Assembly: GCA_017992555.1 (NCBI GenBank)
Contig: JAGOOK010000001.1
Location: 100,134 to 164,133, forward strand
Reading direction: 5' to 3'
Source: Caldisericia bacterium
GTDB taxonomy: Bacteria > Caldisericota > Caldisericia > JAAYUI01
Length of the DNA: 64,000 bases
Shown here: positions 35,996 to 47,257 of the stretch, piece after piece
How the letters are laid out: every line of letters starts with the position of its first letter
How positions within the stretch are numbered: the stretch's first letter is position 1
Program-made: the position numbers and the translations under genes
Notes under the pieces: model-generated
Told to the model about the DNA's origin: nothing
Database searches by the model: none
Seen by the model: the letters and a program-made list of their open reading frames with translations, nothing else

Positions 35996-36177
35996 CCAGA
36001 TGGGCACTCACAGTTGCTTCATTGCTAATGATGGCAGGCGGAATTTTGATAATGGTCATTAAGGATACAAACGGCCACCCAATCGGCGTTCCAAGTCAAA
36101 TTGCACCTGTAATTGGCTGGATAGTGATAATCCTTGGGTTCCTGTTCCTGATGTTGTCGATAATAAGAAGTGAGTAG
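35992..36177 (+). CDS. 61-aa two-helix membrane protein
   Basis: MTRWALTVASLLMMAGGILIMVI ... IAPVIGWIVIILGFLFLMLSII. ATGA overlap with the lipoprotein gene; its 3' end overlaps the sigma factor start. Confidence 0.45.
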   Translation: MTRWALTVASLLMMAGGILIMVIKDTNGHPIGVPSQIAPVIGWIVIILGFLFLMLSIIRSE

Positions 36178-36706
36178 CGACAAAAACGAAGAAAAAAACC
36201 TCGTAGAGAGGGCAAAAAAAGGCGAAGAATCCGCCTTTACAGAAATTGTCGAACTTTACGCTGACAAGGTTTTCTCTGAAGCCTACTATATCATGAACAA
36301 TCGCGAGGACGCGCTTGATGCCTCCCAGCTTGTTTTTTTAAGGGTGTTCCAGAACATAAAACATTTCAAAGGTGAGTCACTCCTTTCAACATGGATTTAT
36401 AGGATAACAGTAAACACATGTTTAAGGGAATTGAAAAAAAGAAACAGGAAACCACCTGAACCGGATGACGATGACCCGGACCCGCAAGACGAAGTCATAA
36501 GGAACGAAGAGGAAAAGATCGCCATGGAAATACTAGCGAAACTTCCTGAGCCTTACAGAGTCATATTGATTATGAGGGAGATGAACGACATGCCCTTCAA
36601 GGACATTTCAGATGTGCTAGGCATCTCCGTCAACCTGGCCAAAGTAAGGGCCTTCAGGGCCAAAGCCAGGTTCAAACAACTTTTGGAGGAACAAGAGAAT
36701 GGGTAA
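36170..36706 (+). CDS. ECF-type sigma-70 family RNA polymerase sigma factor
   Basis: 178 aa. Region 2 (FTEIVELYADKVFSEAYYIMNNREDALDASQLVFLRVFQNIKHFKGESLLSTWIYRITVNTCL) and region 4 (YRVILIMREMNDMPFKDISDVLGISVNLAKVRAFRAKARF). GTG start. Confidence 0.85.
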   Translation: MSSDKNEEKNLVERAKKGEESAFTEIVELYADKVFSEAYYIMNNREDALDASQLVFLRVFQNIKHFKGESLLSTWIYRITVNTCLRELKKRNRKPPEPDDDDPDPQDEVIRNEEEKIAMEILAKLPEPYRVILIMREMNDMPFKDISDVLGISVNLAKVRAFRAKARFKQLLEEQENG

Positions 36707-37598
36707 CACGGCTTTTTTGATGCCAGGCCAAGGCTCCCAGTACGTCGGGATGCTTGGCAAGCTGGACGCGTATCCAAAGGCCCAGCAAATCATATCAAAA
36801 GTGAATGGCATTCTTGGGTTTGACCTCGTGAAGCTGATGAACGAAGGACCAATCGAGCAATTAACGCAAACCGAGAACACACAACCAGCATTGGTGGCTT
36901 GCTCCGCAGCCTGGCTGGAAATTGCAAAAGAAAAGGGCCTCTCATGCCAGTTCGCCCTTGGGCACAGTCTCGGAGAATATTCTGCGCTCTATGCCGCAGG
37001 GTCAATTGACCTCGAAACAACCTTGAGGCTTGTCAGGAGAAGGGGCGAGCTCATGAGGGACGCAACATCAAAGATCCCTGGAACGATGGGCGCTATTATT
37101 GGACTTCCTGCCGAGAAGGTAAGAGAGATCTGCCAGGAAGCTTCAAAAACTGGCGTGTGCGAGATGGCCAATTTTAACTCGTCCGGCCAAATCGTTGTAT
37201 CTGGCGAAGTGGAAGCTGTAAAAAAGGCCATGGAACTGGCAAAAGAAGCCAAGGCAAGGCTGGCAAGATTGCTCCAGGTATCTGCACCCTTCCATTCGTC
37301 CATGATGGACCCAGTAGCTGAAGTGTTCGCTAAAGATCTTGAAACCGCGAACATAAGCGACGCAAAATTCTCAGTGGTCGCAAATGTCAACGCAAAACCA
37401 GTCCAGAAGGCATCCGAAATCAGGGAAAACCTCATAAAACAGATCAATTCGCCTGTCCTTTGGGAAAAATCTATCCTGCAGGTTGTTGCGATGGGCGTTG
37501 ACAACTTCGTTGAAGTCGGTGCCAAAAACGTGCTTACAGGGTTAAACGGTCAGATTGTTCCAAACCTGACCACCTCAAACACCGAAGCGATGTTCTAG
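36699..37598 (+). CDS. fabD: malonyl CoA-ACP transacylase
   Basis: 299 aa. FLMPGQGSQYVGM, active site GHSLGEYSALYAAG, VSAPFHSSMM. Confidence 0.93.
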   Translation: MGNTAFLMPGQGSQYVGMLGKLDAYPKAQQIISKVNGILGFDLVKLMNEGPIEQLTQTENTQPALVACSAAWLEIAKEKGLSCQFALGHSLGEYSALYAAGSIDLETTLRLVRRRGELMRDATSKIPGTMGAIIGLPAEKVREICQEASKTGVCEMANFNSSGQIVVSGEVEAVKKAMELAKEAKARLARLLQVSAPFHSSMMDPVAEVFAKDLETANISDAKFSVVANVNAKPVQKASEIRENLIKQINSPVLWEKSILQVVAMGVDNFVEVGAKNVLTGLNGQIVPNLTTSNTEAMF

Positions 37599-37611
37599 AA
37601 CCAAGCTTATT

Positions 37612-37642
37612 AAAAAGCCCCCTCAACCGAGGGGGCTTTTTG
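37612..37642. terminator. bidirectional rho-independent terminator between fabD and the aldolase gene
   Basis: AAAAAGCCCCCTC-aacc-GAGGGGGCTTTTT. A perfect 9-bp GC-rich stem flanked by A- and T-tracts. Confidence 0.85.
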
Positions 37643-37658
37643 TTTCTGGCAAAAATTT

Positions 37659-38534
37659 CTATCTTGAAAGCAGGATATTTCTGATCTTTTCTGTCAGCTC
37701 AAGCGATTTTTCAATCGGCCTCTGCCACATGTTTCTGCCGAATATGAAACCTGTAACACCAGCATCAACAGACATCTGGACCTTTTTCAGTAAGTCCTCG
37801 TCTGATATCTTTTCACCGCCCGATATTATGACTGCGGCCCTTCCGGCAGATTTTACGACCCTTTTTATTGCATCCGCTTCGGCTTCCCTGAGAGATTTGT
37901 ATGGCTCAGGCTGTTTTTCAGAAACGGCAGGCAAGACATTTGGGAAGTTTACTTTTATAACGTCAGCACCAAGCTCAAGGGCAGTCCTTGCCGCATAATC
38001 AATGGAATAGAGGCAGTCCTTGCCACCCTTTGCATCAATAAACTTGCCCCTTGGGTATGACCACACAATCAGTGGCATTCCGAACCTATCGCACTCTTGC
38101 CTTACGTGACAGAGTTGCGATATGTCCTCGTCCTGCCTTGGGGAACCAACAAAAAGCGTATACCCTACAGCATCAGCACCGATTCTTACTGCATCCTCCA
38201 CAGTGGATGTGAGTGAAGAAAAGGCCTCATCATCTGGTGGGATATTTGTTTTTCCATTCAGCTTGAGCACAAGTGGGACCTTGCCTGCATAATCGCACAT
38301 ATACTTGTCTGCAAGGCCAATGTGCAAGGCTATTGCAGAATAAGCGCCCCTCAAGGCAAGTTCAAACTCAAATTTGGGATCAAGACTTTCCGGATTGGCG
38401 AAAAAATCTTTTGGGCCATGCTCCAGGCCCTGGTCGATTGGGAGGATCATCAATTTTCCGTTTCCAAGCCCGTGCTCGAACGCCATCCTTATCATCCTGA
38501 CTTTTTTGCCTGTTGAAAGACTGGATAGATTCAT
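37659..38534 (-). CDS. class I fructose-bisphosphate aldolase, DhnA/FbaB family
   Basis: The ORF runs to 38609. I prefer ATG 38534, preceded by GAGGTG. ILPIDQGLEHGP, VLKLNGKTN (Schiff-base Lys region), DVIKVNFP and ISGGEK blocks parallel E. coli FbaB and archaeal-type aldolases. Confidence 0.8.
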   Translation of the reverse strand: MNLSSLSTGKKVRMIRMAFEHGLGNGKLMILPIDQGLEHGPKDFFANPESLDPKFEFELALRGAYSAIALHIGLADKYMCDYAGKVPLVLKLNGKTNIPPDDEAFSSLTSTVEDAVRIGADAVGYTLFVGSPRQDEDISQLCHVRQECDRFGMPLIVWSYPRGKFIDAKGGKDCLYSIDYAARTALELGADVIKVNFPNVLPAVSEKQPEPYKSLREAEADAIKRVVKSAGRAAVIISGGEKISDEDLLKKVQMSVDAGVTGFIFGRNMWQRPIEKSLELTEKIRNILLSR

Positions 38535-38641
38535 ATTGCACACCTCTTCTTCAATAAAAGGGCCTGATGGCCATAAAAACCCTGTGCTTTTGAATACAGG
38601 GCAAACCACTAAACTACTCAGATTATATCAGTAAAATCAGC

Positions 38642-39052
38642 CTAAATCAGTTTGAAACCAAGAACGCTGACAATCCATGATGGCCAGATGAGCCAGAGAA
38701 TGAGAACTGCGATGACAGCAATTGCGATCGGTAAAAGCCACCCTACAATTGCCTTGCCCCAGCTGTAGCCGCAAAGGAACTTTACCTCAAAATACCATGC
38801 CACAGCAGTAAAAATGGTGGCCAGAAGAGGCATCTGGAAGAATATGAGACTAAAAACAATGTTTGTACAGAGAAGCAAAAGAGCGCCATAAAATATTCTT
38901 CCCCAACCCGGATACGCGGGCTTCATAAGTTTGGAAGATAACAAATTACCCAGCATGAAACAAACAAAAATAACAATGTACATCAACATGGCCCCATAGC
39001 CAATCCAGGAACTATCGGAGCCAGCAAAACCAACGAGATTGTAATTAATCAT
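38642..39052 (-). CDS. polytopic membrane protein, unknown function
   Basis: The ORF runs to 39076. ATG 39052 is preceded by AAAGGTGGTG. Four predicted TM helices; no family recognised. Confidence 0.5.
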   Translation of the reverse strand: MINYNLVGFAGSDSSWIGYGAMLMYIVIFVCFMLGNLLSSKLMKPAYPGWGRIFYGALLLLCTNIVFSLIFFQMPLLATIFTAVAWYFEVKFLCGYSWGKAIVGWLLPIAIAVIAVLILWLIWPSWIVSVLGFKLI

Positions 39053-39140
39053 TTGCGCACCACCTTTCATTAACATTGTAATTCCGGTAAAAATCCAGTC
39101 AAGCCTTGATTTGCCAACTGCAAGACCTTATCAATTGGGT

Positions 39141-39584
39141 ATGGAAAGAAAAACTTTCAGATATTTTGTCAGTGTCGACTGGGAAAAAGGCAAGCAAGGG
39201 TTCTTTTCAGGCATAAACAACGAGAAATTCGCCTTCTCCTGCCCACCAGAATTTGGAGGACCAGAAGGTTTCATGTCACCGGAGGAGATATTTGTTGCTT
39301 CAATTGCAACATGTGTCATGGCAACGTTCATCAATGTCTGCTCAAGAAATAAAATAGGGATTGCATCGTATAATTCAAAGGCCGAGGGGGTAATGGAACA
39401 CATCGAAGGCAACTACAGGATAACAAAGATTTTCCTGCGGCCGCAAATAATAATCAAAGACCCAGAGCAAAAGGAAGAATGCGAGAGGATACTTGAAGAT
39501 GCACACCAGACTTGTCCGGTTGGCAAGTCGGTCGTTTCCCAGGTAATCCTGGAACCTGAGCTGAGTGTATCAGAGGTGCAGTGA
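39141..39584 (+). CDS. OsmC/Ohr family peroxiredoxin-like protein
   Basis: MERKTFRYFVSVDWEKGKQG ... PEFGGPEGFMSPEEIFVASIATCVMATF ... AHQTCPVGKSV carries the two conserved Cys regions of the OsmC fold. The start is uncertain (the track uses TTG 39111). Confidence 0.75.
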   Translation: MERKTFRYFVSVDWEKGKQGFFSGINNEKFAFSCPPEFGGPEGFMSPEEIFVASIATCVMATFINVCSRNKIGIASYNSKAEGVMEHIEGNYRITKIFLRPQIIIKDPEQKEECERILEDAHQTCPVGKSVVSQVILEPELSVSEVQ

Positions 39585-40811
39585 TACTGACACCCACCAG
39601 GTAAGTATTCCAAGCGCCATCTGGGCAATCGCAGGGAAAAGCATCAGTCTGAACACCTTGAAGAGTGTTGTCTTGAAATAGTCGCACGTGAGAACAATAC
39701 ACAGGTGCATCGGAGAGAAAAGCACGCCGATCACACCAGATGTAAAGGCGAGCGCAAAAATCCCGTATGATGAATTTCCTGCGATTGCCAATACAATTGG
39801 GAAAGAAACACCCACAAAACCAGGAGTTGCACCAATCAACATACCGAGGATCATGGGCAAAACAATGGCCACAAAAACCGGTGGGATACCAGTTGAATTG
39901 AACCATACAGAAAGCTCCCCAAAAGCCGTGCTGTTTTGCAGAACCTGATTCAACAATATGGAGCCAAGCAGGATTATGAAGTAGTTCGGTCTGAACGACT
40001 CCTTGACTGCATCCACAAAAACCCTGCTGGCAAACTTGCCTTCCATCTGGCCTTTTTCAACCTTTATGATTATTACAATCCACAGTATCGCAATGCTCAG
40101 AAGGATTGAGACAACCGTTTCAGTTGGAAGCGTCAACACAAATATTATTGCAAGCAGGATTGGCCAGGCGTCCTTGAGAAATTCCAAAACCCTTTTGGAA
40201 ATCTGCCCTTTCTCGCCCTGGGTGCGCCCTACACCTTTGTAGGCAACGGCAAACCCCGTAAAAGCTCCAAGAATCGTGACCGGGAACTGGAAAGCCATGA
40301 CTTTTGGAACTGAGAAACCCGTGATTGCAGCAGCCATAAGAATGCCCGGATAGAGTGGAATGGAGCTCTCCCAGATATGCCTGAACCAGTAATTGATGAA
40401 GGCCTTTTTTTCCTTGGAAATATCCATATCTTTGGCGACTTCATGAACAAGGGGTGCTGAAAAGTACGCTCCACCAACAGAAGGCATGAAGCCAATTACA
40501 GATGGAAGAACTGCGCAGGCATATCTTCTATCGGTAAACATTTTCACGGAAGAAGATGCAAGCGACTTGAGCATGCCCATCTTGTTCAGCGACCCTTCAA
40601 GCAAGAGAACTGCCCAAAGCGCCAGAACATACTTCCATGTGTCCCACGAGATGATTATTTTGAGGAATGTCGTAGGGATTTTTTCAAGCGGCATGAAAAG
40701 AAATCCTGCAGCGACAGATGCCACAACAAGCGTTATCGAGATGGGTACTTTTTTGGCAGATGCGATTATGACTGCCAGCAGCAGCCCGCAAATTTTTAGG
40801 AATGCGATCAT
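39570..40811 (-). CDS. polytopic membrane protein, transporter-like (possibly DUF401 family)
   Basis: 413 aa with about 11-12 TM helices. ATGA overlap with the upstream PLP enzyme gene. Converges on the OsmC gene with a 15-nt overlap. Confidence 0.5.
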   Translation of the reverse strand: MIAFLKICGLLLAVIIASAKKVPISITLVVASVAAGFLFMPLEKIPTTFLKIIISWDTWKYVLALWAVLLLEGSLNKMGMLKSLASSSVKMFTDRRYACAVLPSVIGFMPSVGGAYFSAPLVHEVAKDMDISKEKKAFINYWFRHIWESSIPLYPGILMAAAITGFSVPKVMAFQFPVTILGAFTGFAVAYKGVGRTQGEKGQISKRVLEFLKDAWPILLAIIFVLTLPTETVVSILLSIAILWIVIIIKVEKGQMEGKFASRVFVDAVKESFRPNYFIILLGSILLNQVLQNSTAFGELSVWFNSTGIPPVFVAIVLPMILGMLIGATPGFVGVSFPIVLAIAGNSSYGIFALAFTSGVIGVLFSPMHLCIVLTCDYFKTTLFKVFRLMLFPAIAQMALGILTWWVSVSLHL

Positions 40812-41965
40812 TTTACTTTGTCCAGTGCCTGAGTTAGATCTTCTATTAGATCAGAATTGTCTTCAATCCCAACGGAAAGCCTGAGCATTCCGTTGGTTAT
40901 GTCTGCTTCTTTGAGGGCCGCTTCATCGAGATGATGGTGCGACATCAGAACCGGGATTGATATGCAACTTTCGATGCCACCCAAACTTCCAGCCCTGAAG
41001 ATGAGCTGAAGGTTGTCAAACAGGGCGCTCGCCCCTTCAAATCCACCCTTCATCTCGAATGTTACCATGCCACCCCAACCTTTCATCTGTGTCAGGGCAA
41101 GCTCCCTTTCCGGCGAATTCCACAGTCCGGGGTAAAACACTCTTGATACTTTCGGGTGGTTGGCAAGAAAGCGTGCAATTTCCATTGCAGTGCTCTGCGC
41201 CTTGTTCATCCTGAGCTCAAGGGTCTTTAACCCTCTTGCCAGAAGGAAGCACGCGAAAGGATCAAGTGGCGACCCAAACTGTGTCATGAGTCTGTATGCT
41301 TTCTCTACCAGGTCTTTCCTGCCGGTTATCGCACCGGCAAGGCAATCACTGTGGCCTGCCATGAATTTTGTTGCTGAATAGACAACCAGATCAACTCCGA
41401 GACTTGCCGGTTTCTGAAGATAGGAGGTGGCAAAAGAGTTGTCTGCAACAACCAACATGCCTCTGCCATGCGCCGCAGTGCATGTTGCCCTGATGTCTGT
41501 TATACCAAGTGTGGGGTTGGATGGCGTTTCGATATAAGCAACCTTTGCTTCTTTTGGTGCCCAGGAAAGATCATATAGCTTCTCTTTGGGGACAAACAGC
41601 GTTTTTACACCAAACTTTGGCAATACATTAACAACCAGGTCGTAGGTCCCTCCATAAAGGGAATTCTGGGCGATTATCATGTCGCCTGCAGACAGGCAGG
41701 ACATCAGGCCAACGCTTACCGCTGCCATTCCTGACGAGAGTGCAACAGCACTTTCACAATCATCAAGCGAAGCTATCTTTTCCTCAAGCGATTTTCTTGT
41801 TGGGTTGGAGATCCTTGAGTATATGTAGCCATCCCAACCTTCAAGCGATTTCGCGTTTGGTATTACATAAGTCGTGCTTGGCGAGATGTCACCTGTAACA
41901 GCCTGATTGAACCATTCCGGGTGCTCACCGGAGTGTATTGCTTTTGTTCCGTAACGTTTTTTCAT
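40808..41965 (-). CDS. Cys/Met-metabolism PLP-dependent enzyme (cystathionine gamma-synthase / methionine gamma-lyase family)
   Basis: 385 aa. SGMAAV, DNSFATSYLQKP, PLP-lysine block YSATKFMAGHSD, and C-terminal LRLSVGIED. Confidence 0.9.
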   Translation of the reverse strand: MKKRYGTKAIHSGEHPEWFNQAVTGDISPSTTYVIPNAKSLEGWDGYIYSRISNPTRKSLEEKIASLDDCESAVALSSGMAAVSVGLMSCLSAGDMIIAQNSLYGGTYDLVVNVLPKFGVKTLFVPKEKLYDLSWAPKEAKVAYIETPSNPTLGITDIRATCTAAHGRGMLVVADNSFATSYLQKPASLGVDLVVYSATKFMAGHSDCLAGAITGRKDLVEKAYRLMTQFGSPLDPFACFLLARGLKTLELRMNKAQSTAMEIARFLANHPKVSRVFYPGLWNSPERELALTQMKGWGGMVTFEMKGGFEGASALFDNLQLIFRAGSLGGIESCISIPVLMSHHHLDEAALKEADITNGMLRLSVGIEDNSDLIEDLTQALDKVK

Positions 41966-42090
41966 ACCAAATCTCCTTGCAAGGAAAAAAGTGGGGATTG
42001 TAAAAAAACATCATGGCAAGCATGTTCGTGCCACTAATAAAGATAACCAAGAGCCACTTTTTGGCTTTGCAAAGAAGATTGTGAACATTT

Positions 42091-42119
42091 TTGCATTAAG
42101 TGTCCACCGTTGTTATACT
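42091..42119 (+). promoter_or_regulatory. sigma-70-like promoter upstream of guaB
   Basis: TTGCAT (42091-42096), a 17-nt spacer, then TATACT (42114-42119). This leaves a leader of about 120 nt before AGGAGG and ATG 42244. Confidence 0.5.
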
Positions 42120-42234
42120 TCTATCACAAAGTTGCAGCAAAAAATGACAGGGTGCCAAAAAAAATAAATGGCCCCAAAACAACAAAACCACACTTGAAAC
42201 CTTGAACACATAGGCTAAGATTGTTGACCAATAG

Positions 42235-44493
<2,259 letters not shown>

Positions 44494-44501
<8 letters not shown>

Positions 44502-47172
44502 TTTCTGCCCGGACAATGGCAGTTCTTGTTGTCTGGTCCCATTTGACATCACAATTGATTGCATCTGCAACAAAACGGAGCGGAACAAATGTCCTACCTG
44601 CCCTGATTTGGGGTGCTGCATCAAGTTGATATGGTTGTCCGTTTATGTAGGCATTTTTCTTGCCCACCCACATGGTTATTATGTCTTGTCCTCTTAAAAG
44701 GTCTATTCTCTGCTCGGATGCAAGCCACTTGGTCTGGTAGCCCAGTTTTTCGGCAATATACCTCAATGGCACAAGCGTTTTCCCATTGATTATAAACGGA
44801 GATGCTTCGAGCTCTTCACAATTTCCATTGTTCCAGGCCTTTCTGTCATCAATATGAAATGCCAGCTCCCTGATATCGGTCCTGTTTATTGTTCTTCTAA
44901 TCCAAAGCGATCTGCCATAAGAAGAGTCCTCGACTTTAAAAAGCACGTCGCTGGAGTGCACATCAAGATCGACGTCAACAGAATAATTGCCTTCGGAGGT
45001 CAGTCTTGGAATATATTTCTTGCTCTGACCTTCTACAACAAGCACCTGATCCTTGGTTGAGCTTCCAGAAACAGTCACAACATTGCCCTTTATGTTTTGC
45101 CCATCCGCAATGCTTGCTTGCAATGAAAAACCATTCTTGTCGATATTGGTTCTGCAAATAGGCAAATCAGACAACAAGTGGACTGCCAAATCTGGCGATT
45201 TGACAGTGGCAAGCGTCAATGAGATATTTGATGCTCCTTGCTTCCTTCCCAAAAAACAGAAGGAGAAGGCAATTCCTGGGGAGGAGATGCCATACTTTTC
45301 AAAACTTCTGGCAAATGAGAAAATAATTCTGCCTCTTGACTGGATCGAATTGGGTGCTTCACAACAACGATAGTCCATCGTGGCAAATTGCCCTACCTTC
45401 ATCTTCTGGAACTGGAGTTTCTCACTGTCGTATTCAAGCTGTGCTGACAGAGAATCAACGGGCAGGGATGGTGAAATGAGGAGGTCTACCCACAATTCTT
45501 GCCCCTGTTTTGCGTATGTATATTCTGGCAAAAGGACAAGTTCTGTAACAGTTGGTGGCGGCGCTTTGACAACAATCTCGAGCTCTGCCTGGCCCTTGTA
45601 TTGCTGGGACTCACCCTTCACGACAACAACCACTTTTTGTGGAACAACAAATTTCTCAACCTGTACAATGACCCTGGCGTCCTGGTTTGGGAGCGGGTCA
45701 GGTGGGTCGAATGTTATAGTGATGCCATATGCAGTCGTATATGACAATTTGAGCGGGTAGATGGCGGGCACTTCTCCAAAAACAAGCTTTGTTTCTGCCT
45801 TCTGGCCAGAGACTACTGTAACGGATGCCGGAGAGAAAGCCATCTGGATGTCTTGCTTCGGAATGACCGGCTCTTGCTTCATGCCAGGGTCGCCAAGCAG
45901 GATGAACGAATAGACATTTTGAAGGTATTTGTTCTGCCAGCCATTTACTGTCCTAAACTCTTTTGCAAATGATTCAAGGCTTTTTGCAAGCGCAAGACCA
46001 ATGGCGTCCCCTTCGGCATAATTTTTTGTTATGTAGTAAGAGATCGTCTGGTTGCCACCATCAGATGGTTTGCTCCATCCGGGGGTAAAATAGTTTATCG
46101 CTGTTGCGCCAACAAAGGCACCGGCACCAGAACGCAAGGAAGCCGAACCCAAAGATGAGGCGCCGCCTGCAACATCAGCTGTTGAGCAGGCCGTAGAGAT
46201 GATGAGCCTTGACTTGATGATGTTGTTATAGAGCTGGCCATCATCAAGCAGGAGTGGCATTCTGATTTCAGTGGCACTGTCTGCGTGGCCGTTCCCATTC
46301 TGGTCGTTCAGCCAGTATTTTCTGACGATCCTGTTCGCTTCGCCGTGTGCCAGCCAGTTGACCATTCCATAATCATTTTTTGTCAGTTCATTCAGTAAAT
46401 TTGTGCTGTTGAGGCACATGTCGCCAGGAAGACCAGGCTTTGTGCCATCACACTCGTAGAGGGTCTTTCTGATGTACCCCATTGGTTTCAGGATATCGCT
46501 CCAGATTTTCTCTTCCATGTCCGCGCCATCGGTGAATTTGTTGGTTGGGTCACCATCCTCATTGTCAAAAGAGTAAAGCGCCGCTGCCTGCAAAACACTT
46601 TTTCTTGAGGAAGATGGTGAATCGTAGAGTTTTACCCTGTTCAAATACTTCTCAATGTTCGCCTGGTCGGAAAAGGGTATTCTTCCAACTGCAATTTTTG
46701 GGGCAATCTGGACTTGGTCATCATCCGGCTCTCCGAGCCTTCCATCGTTGTCCCTGTCCCAGTTGGTGTCCGGTTGGGAATAGAAATAATCGGAATAAAC
46801 CGGGCCAGGCTCCCCCCAGACAACATTGTCCACGTTTTTCGCCGCATAGAGCCTGGGCATTGGAATATCATTTGTATCACCAACAAGCAGAAGGTACTTG
46901 ATATTGAATTTTTTCTGATTGTCCCTGATATAGTTCTGGAGCTGGAAATAAGGCGCAATTCCACTGTTCCCTGCAATAATGTCTGTGGAACTGATAATTT
47001 TTACTGAATAACCCTGTGATTCCCTATGTTTTTGCCACGATTGCAATACGCCCTCAGCACCAGGGGCTGCAATAACCAAATAACCCCCCTGTTCCGCCGA
47101 TTGTGCGAAGCGAGGGTAGGAGAGGGGCGCCAGGAAAACCAGTAGCGAGAGTATCAGAGAGATTTTTCGCAT
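44494..47172 (-). CDS. secreted multidomain protein: peptidase C25 (gingipain/caspase-fold)-like, cohesin-like and copper-amine-oxidase-N-like C-terminal domains
   Basis: 892 aa. Signal peptide MRKISLILSLLVFLAPLSYPRFAQSA. C25-like blocks YLVIAAPG..., IKYLLLVGDTNDIPMP, VGRIPFSD, candidate His WLAHGE and Cys IISTACST. Cohesin-like AQLEYDSEKLQFQKMKVGQF. C-terminal tandem NGKTLVPLRYIAEKLGYQTKW / AGRTFVPLRFVADAINCDVKW. Confidence 0.65.
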
Positions 47173-47192
47173 TCTTACCTATTTTACATACG

Positions 47193-47224
47193 TTGCCCCC
47201 GCCAGGCAACTCCAACGGGGGCAA
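47193..47224 (-). terminator. GC-rich hairpin between the two surface-protein genes (terminator or attenuator candidate)
   Basis: TTGCCCCCG (47193-47201) pairs with CGGGGGCAA (47216-47224) around a 14-nt loop. There is no clear T-tail on the minus strand. Confidence 0.3.
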
Positions 47225-47257
47225 GTTTGGTCAGTTTAGACGTAGTTCTTTTTGGTT

